A DNA stretch of 64,000 bases from assembly GCA_965644495.1 (NCBI GenBank), contig CBFFSA010000016.1:62001-126000 (forward strand), read 5' to 3'. Source of the DNA: Perkinsela sp. CCAP 1560/9. Lineage: Eukaryota > Protista > Euglenozoa: Kinetoplastea. Position numbers and translations under genes: made by a program. Shown here one piece after another: positions 63,303 through 64,000 of this stretch; positions within the stretch are counted from its first letter, which is position 1, and the number at the start of each line of letters is the position of its first letter. The notes below the pieces were generated by a model. It did no database searches. It was not told the DNA's origin and worked only from the letters and a program-made list of their open reading frames with translations.

Positions 63303-63425
63303 TTAGTCAACTGAGGCAAGTCTAAAATAATTCGTAGTGGACACATCGTCCAAAGTTTATAATGATTAGAGGTCAAAGTTCTCATGGCCTCGAACAGGGG
63401 TCCGAATAACTTTATATAGTTTATA

Positions 63426-64000
63426 CAGTGGTTTCAGTTGATCTTGCCCCCCCCTCGGAATTTTGATTTTTTTGATCCGTTTTTGCTCATTGGAGTTTTT
63501 GCAGCATTGGAGAGATCTCATTCCCCTAGCGAAGAGCTTTGCCGCCTTTTTTTCATAGAGACCCCCTGGTGCCCCCTGGGTTCAAAAAGTACTGTTTTTA
63601 CGGAGTTTTTCTGTGTACACAACCATTTTTTGCCACATTTTCCCGATTTTCTGTGTATTTTGCACTTGTAAGTACGAGTGATAGCGTTCTAAATTGATAA
63701 TTTGAACGCTCTATGTCTAGTACCCTCTCTATTGCATAGTTCAATTTAGTCAACACCTCTACATTATGAAGATCAGACCCTCATACCCCAAACAGGGGGA
63801 GTACGTCGAACAAAGTAATGACAAAAGAGAAGACAACCCCACAATGTGTGCGACACAATTGAATTCGATCCCAAATAGACTTCGAAGCGTGTTGCAAAAC
63901 AATGGAAGCCATTCCGGACACTAGTTCTTTGCCTTCAGAGGTAACTTTTGGACATAAAATCCGTTTTTTGCTCTATTTTTCATAGGTAAAAAAATGTCAT
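63426..64000 (+). mobile_element. Internally deleted Tc1-like element, right end outside the window
   Basis: TA|CAGTGGTTTCAG...CCCCCCCCT terminus resembling the 41380-42132 TIR; 63841-63924 encodes LNSIPNRLRSVLQNNGSHSGH*, like the Tc1 transposase C-terminus SMPxRxxAVIxxxGG. Confidence 0.7.

Noticed and set aside
1-64000. Reassigned stop codons (as in Blastocrithidia)
   Set aside because: Long conserved genes are uninterrupted in the standard code and end in TAA, TAG or TGA; in-frame stops occur only in TE relics.
1-64000. tRNA, rRNA or spliced-leader RNA genes
   Set aside because: No cloverleaf, rRNA or SL-exon motif noticed by eye; a covariance-model scan was not possible.

Overview
Eukaryotic nuclear DNA with kinetoplastid organisation, most likely a Perkinsela-like endosymbiotic kinetoplastid. 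This is an inference from ~30 intron-less genes all on the minus strand as one polycistronic run, a trypanosomatid-type pyruvate kinase C-terminus (HADSKTKGFANQTR), a polypyrimidine/AG acceptor upstream of an ATG, and a Perkinsela-type 'LP' LRR protein. Recognisable genes: two Sm-fold proteins, NIF phosphatase, LsmAD protein, a 1785-aa probable mitoribosomal protein, DUF2039, IWS1, MFS transporter, Pol alpha subunit B, ALG12, NOC2, 2-oxoglutarate dehydrogenase E2, MTG1, cyclophilin-like, actin-related protein, pyruvate kinase, TBCE-like, exosome RNase PH subunit, ERD2, ATG27-like and a small Tim. An >837-aa ORF missed by the ORF track runs off the left edge. Unusual content: (1) A dense, nested collection of class II transposon relics at 4.7-11.5 kb, 37.8-38.8 kb, 41.4-42.1 kb and 62-64 kb (hAT, Tc1, pogo/Tc2, Merlin and several MITE families with verifiable TIRs/TSDs), although DNA transposons are largely unknown in kinetoplastids. 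(2) A 5'-truncated RLE-type non-LTR retrotransposon with a 10-bp TSD. (3) All recognisable TE coding remnants lie antisense to the gene run. (4) Several GC-rich genes at 42-61 kb switch from C-rich to G-rich mid-gene, including at synonymous sites. All family assignments come from motif recognition by eye; no searches were run.
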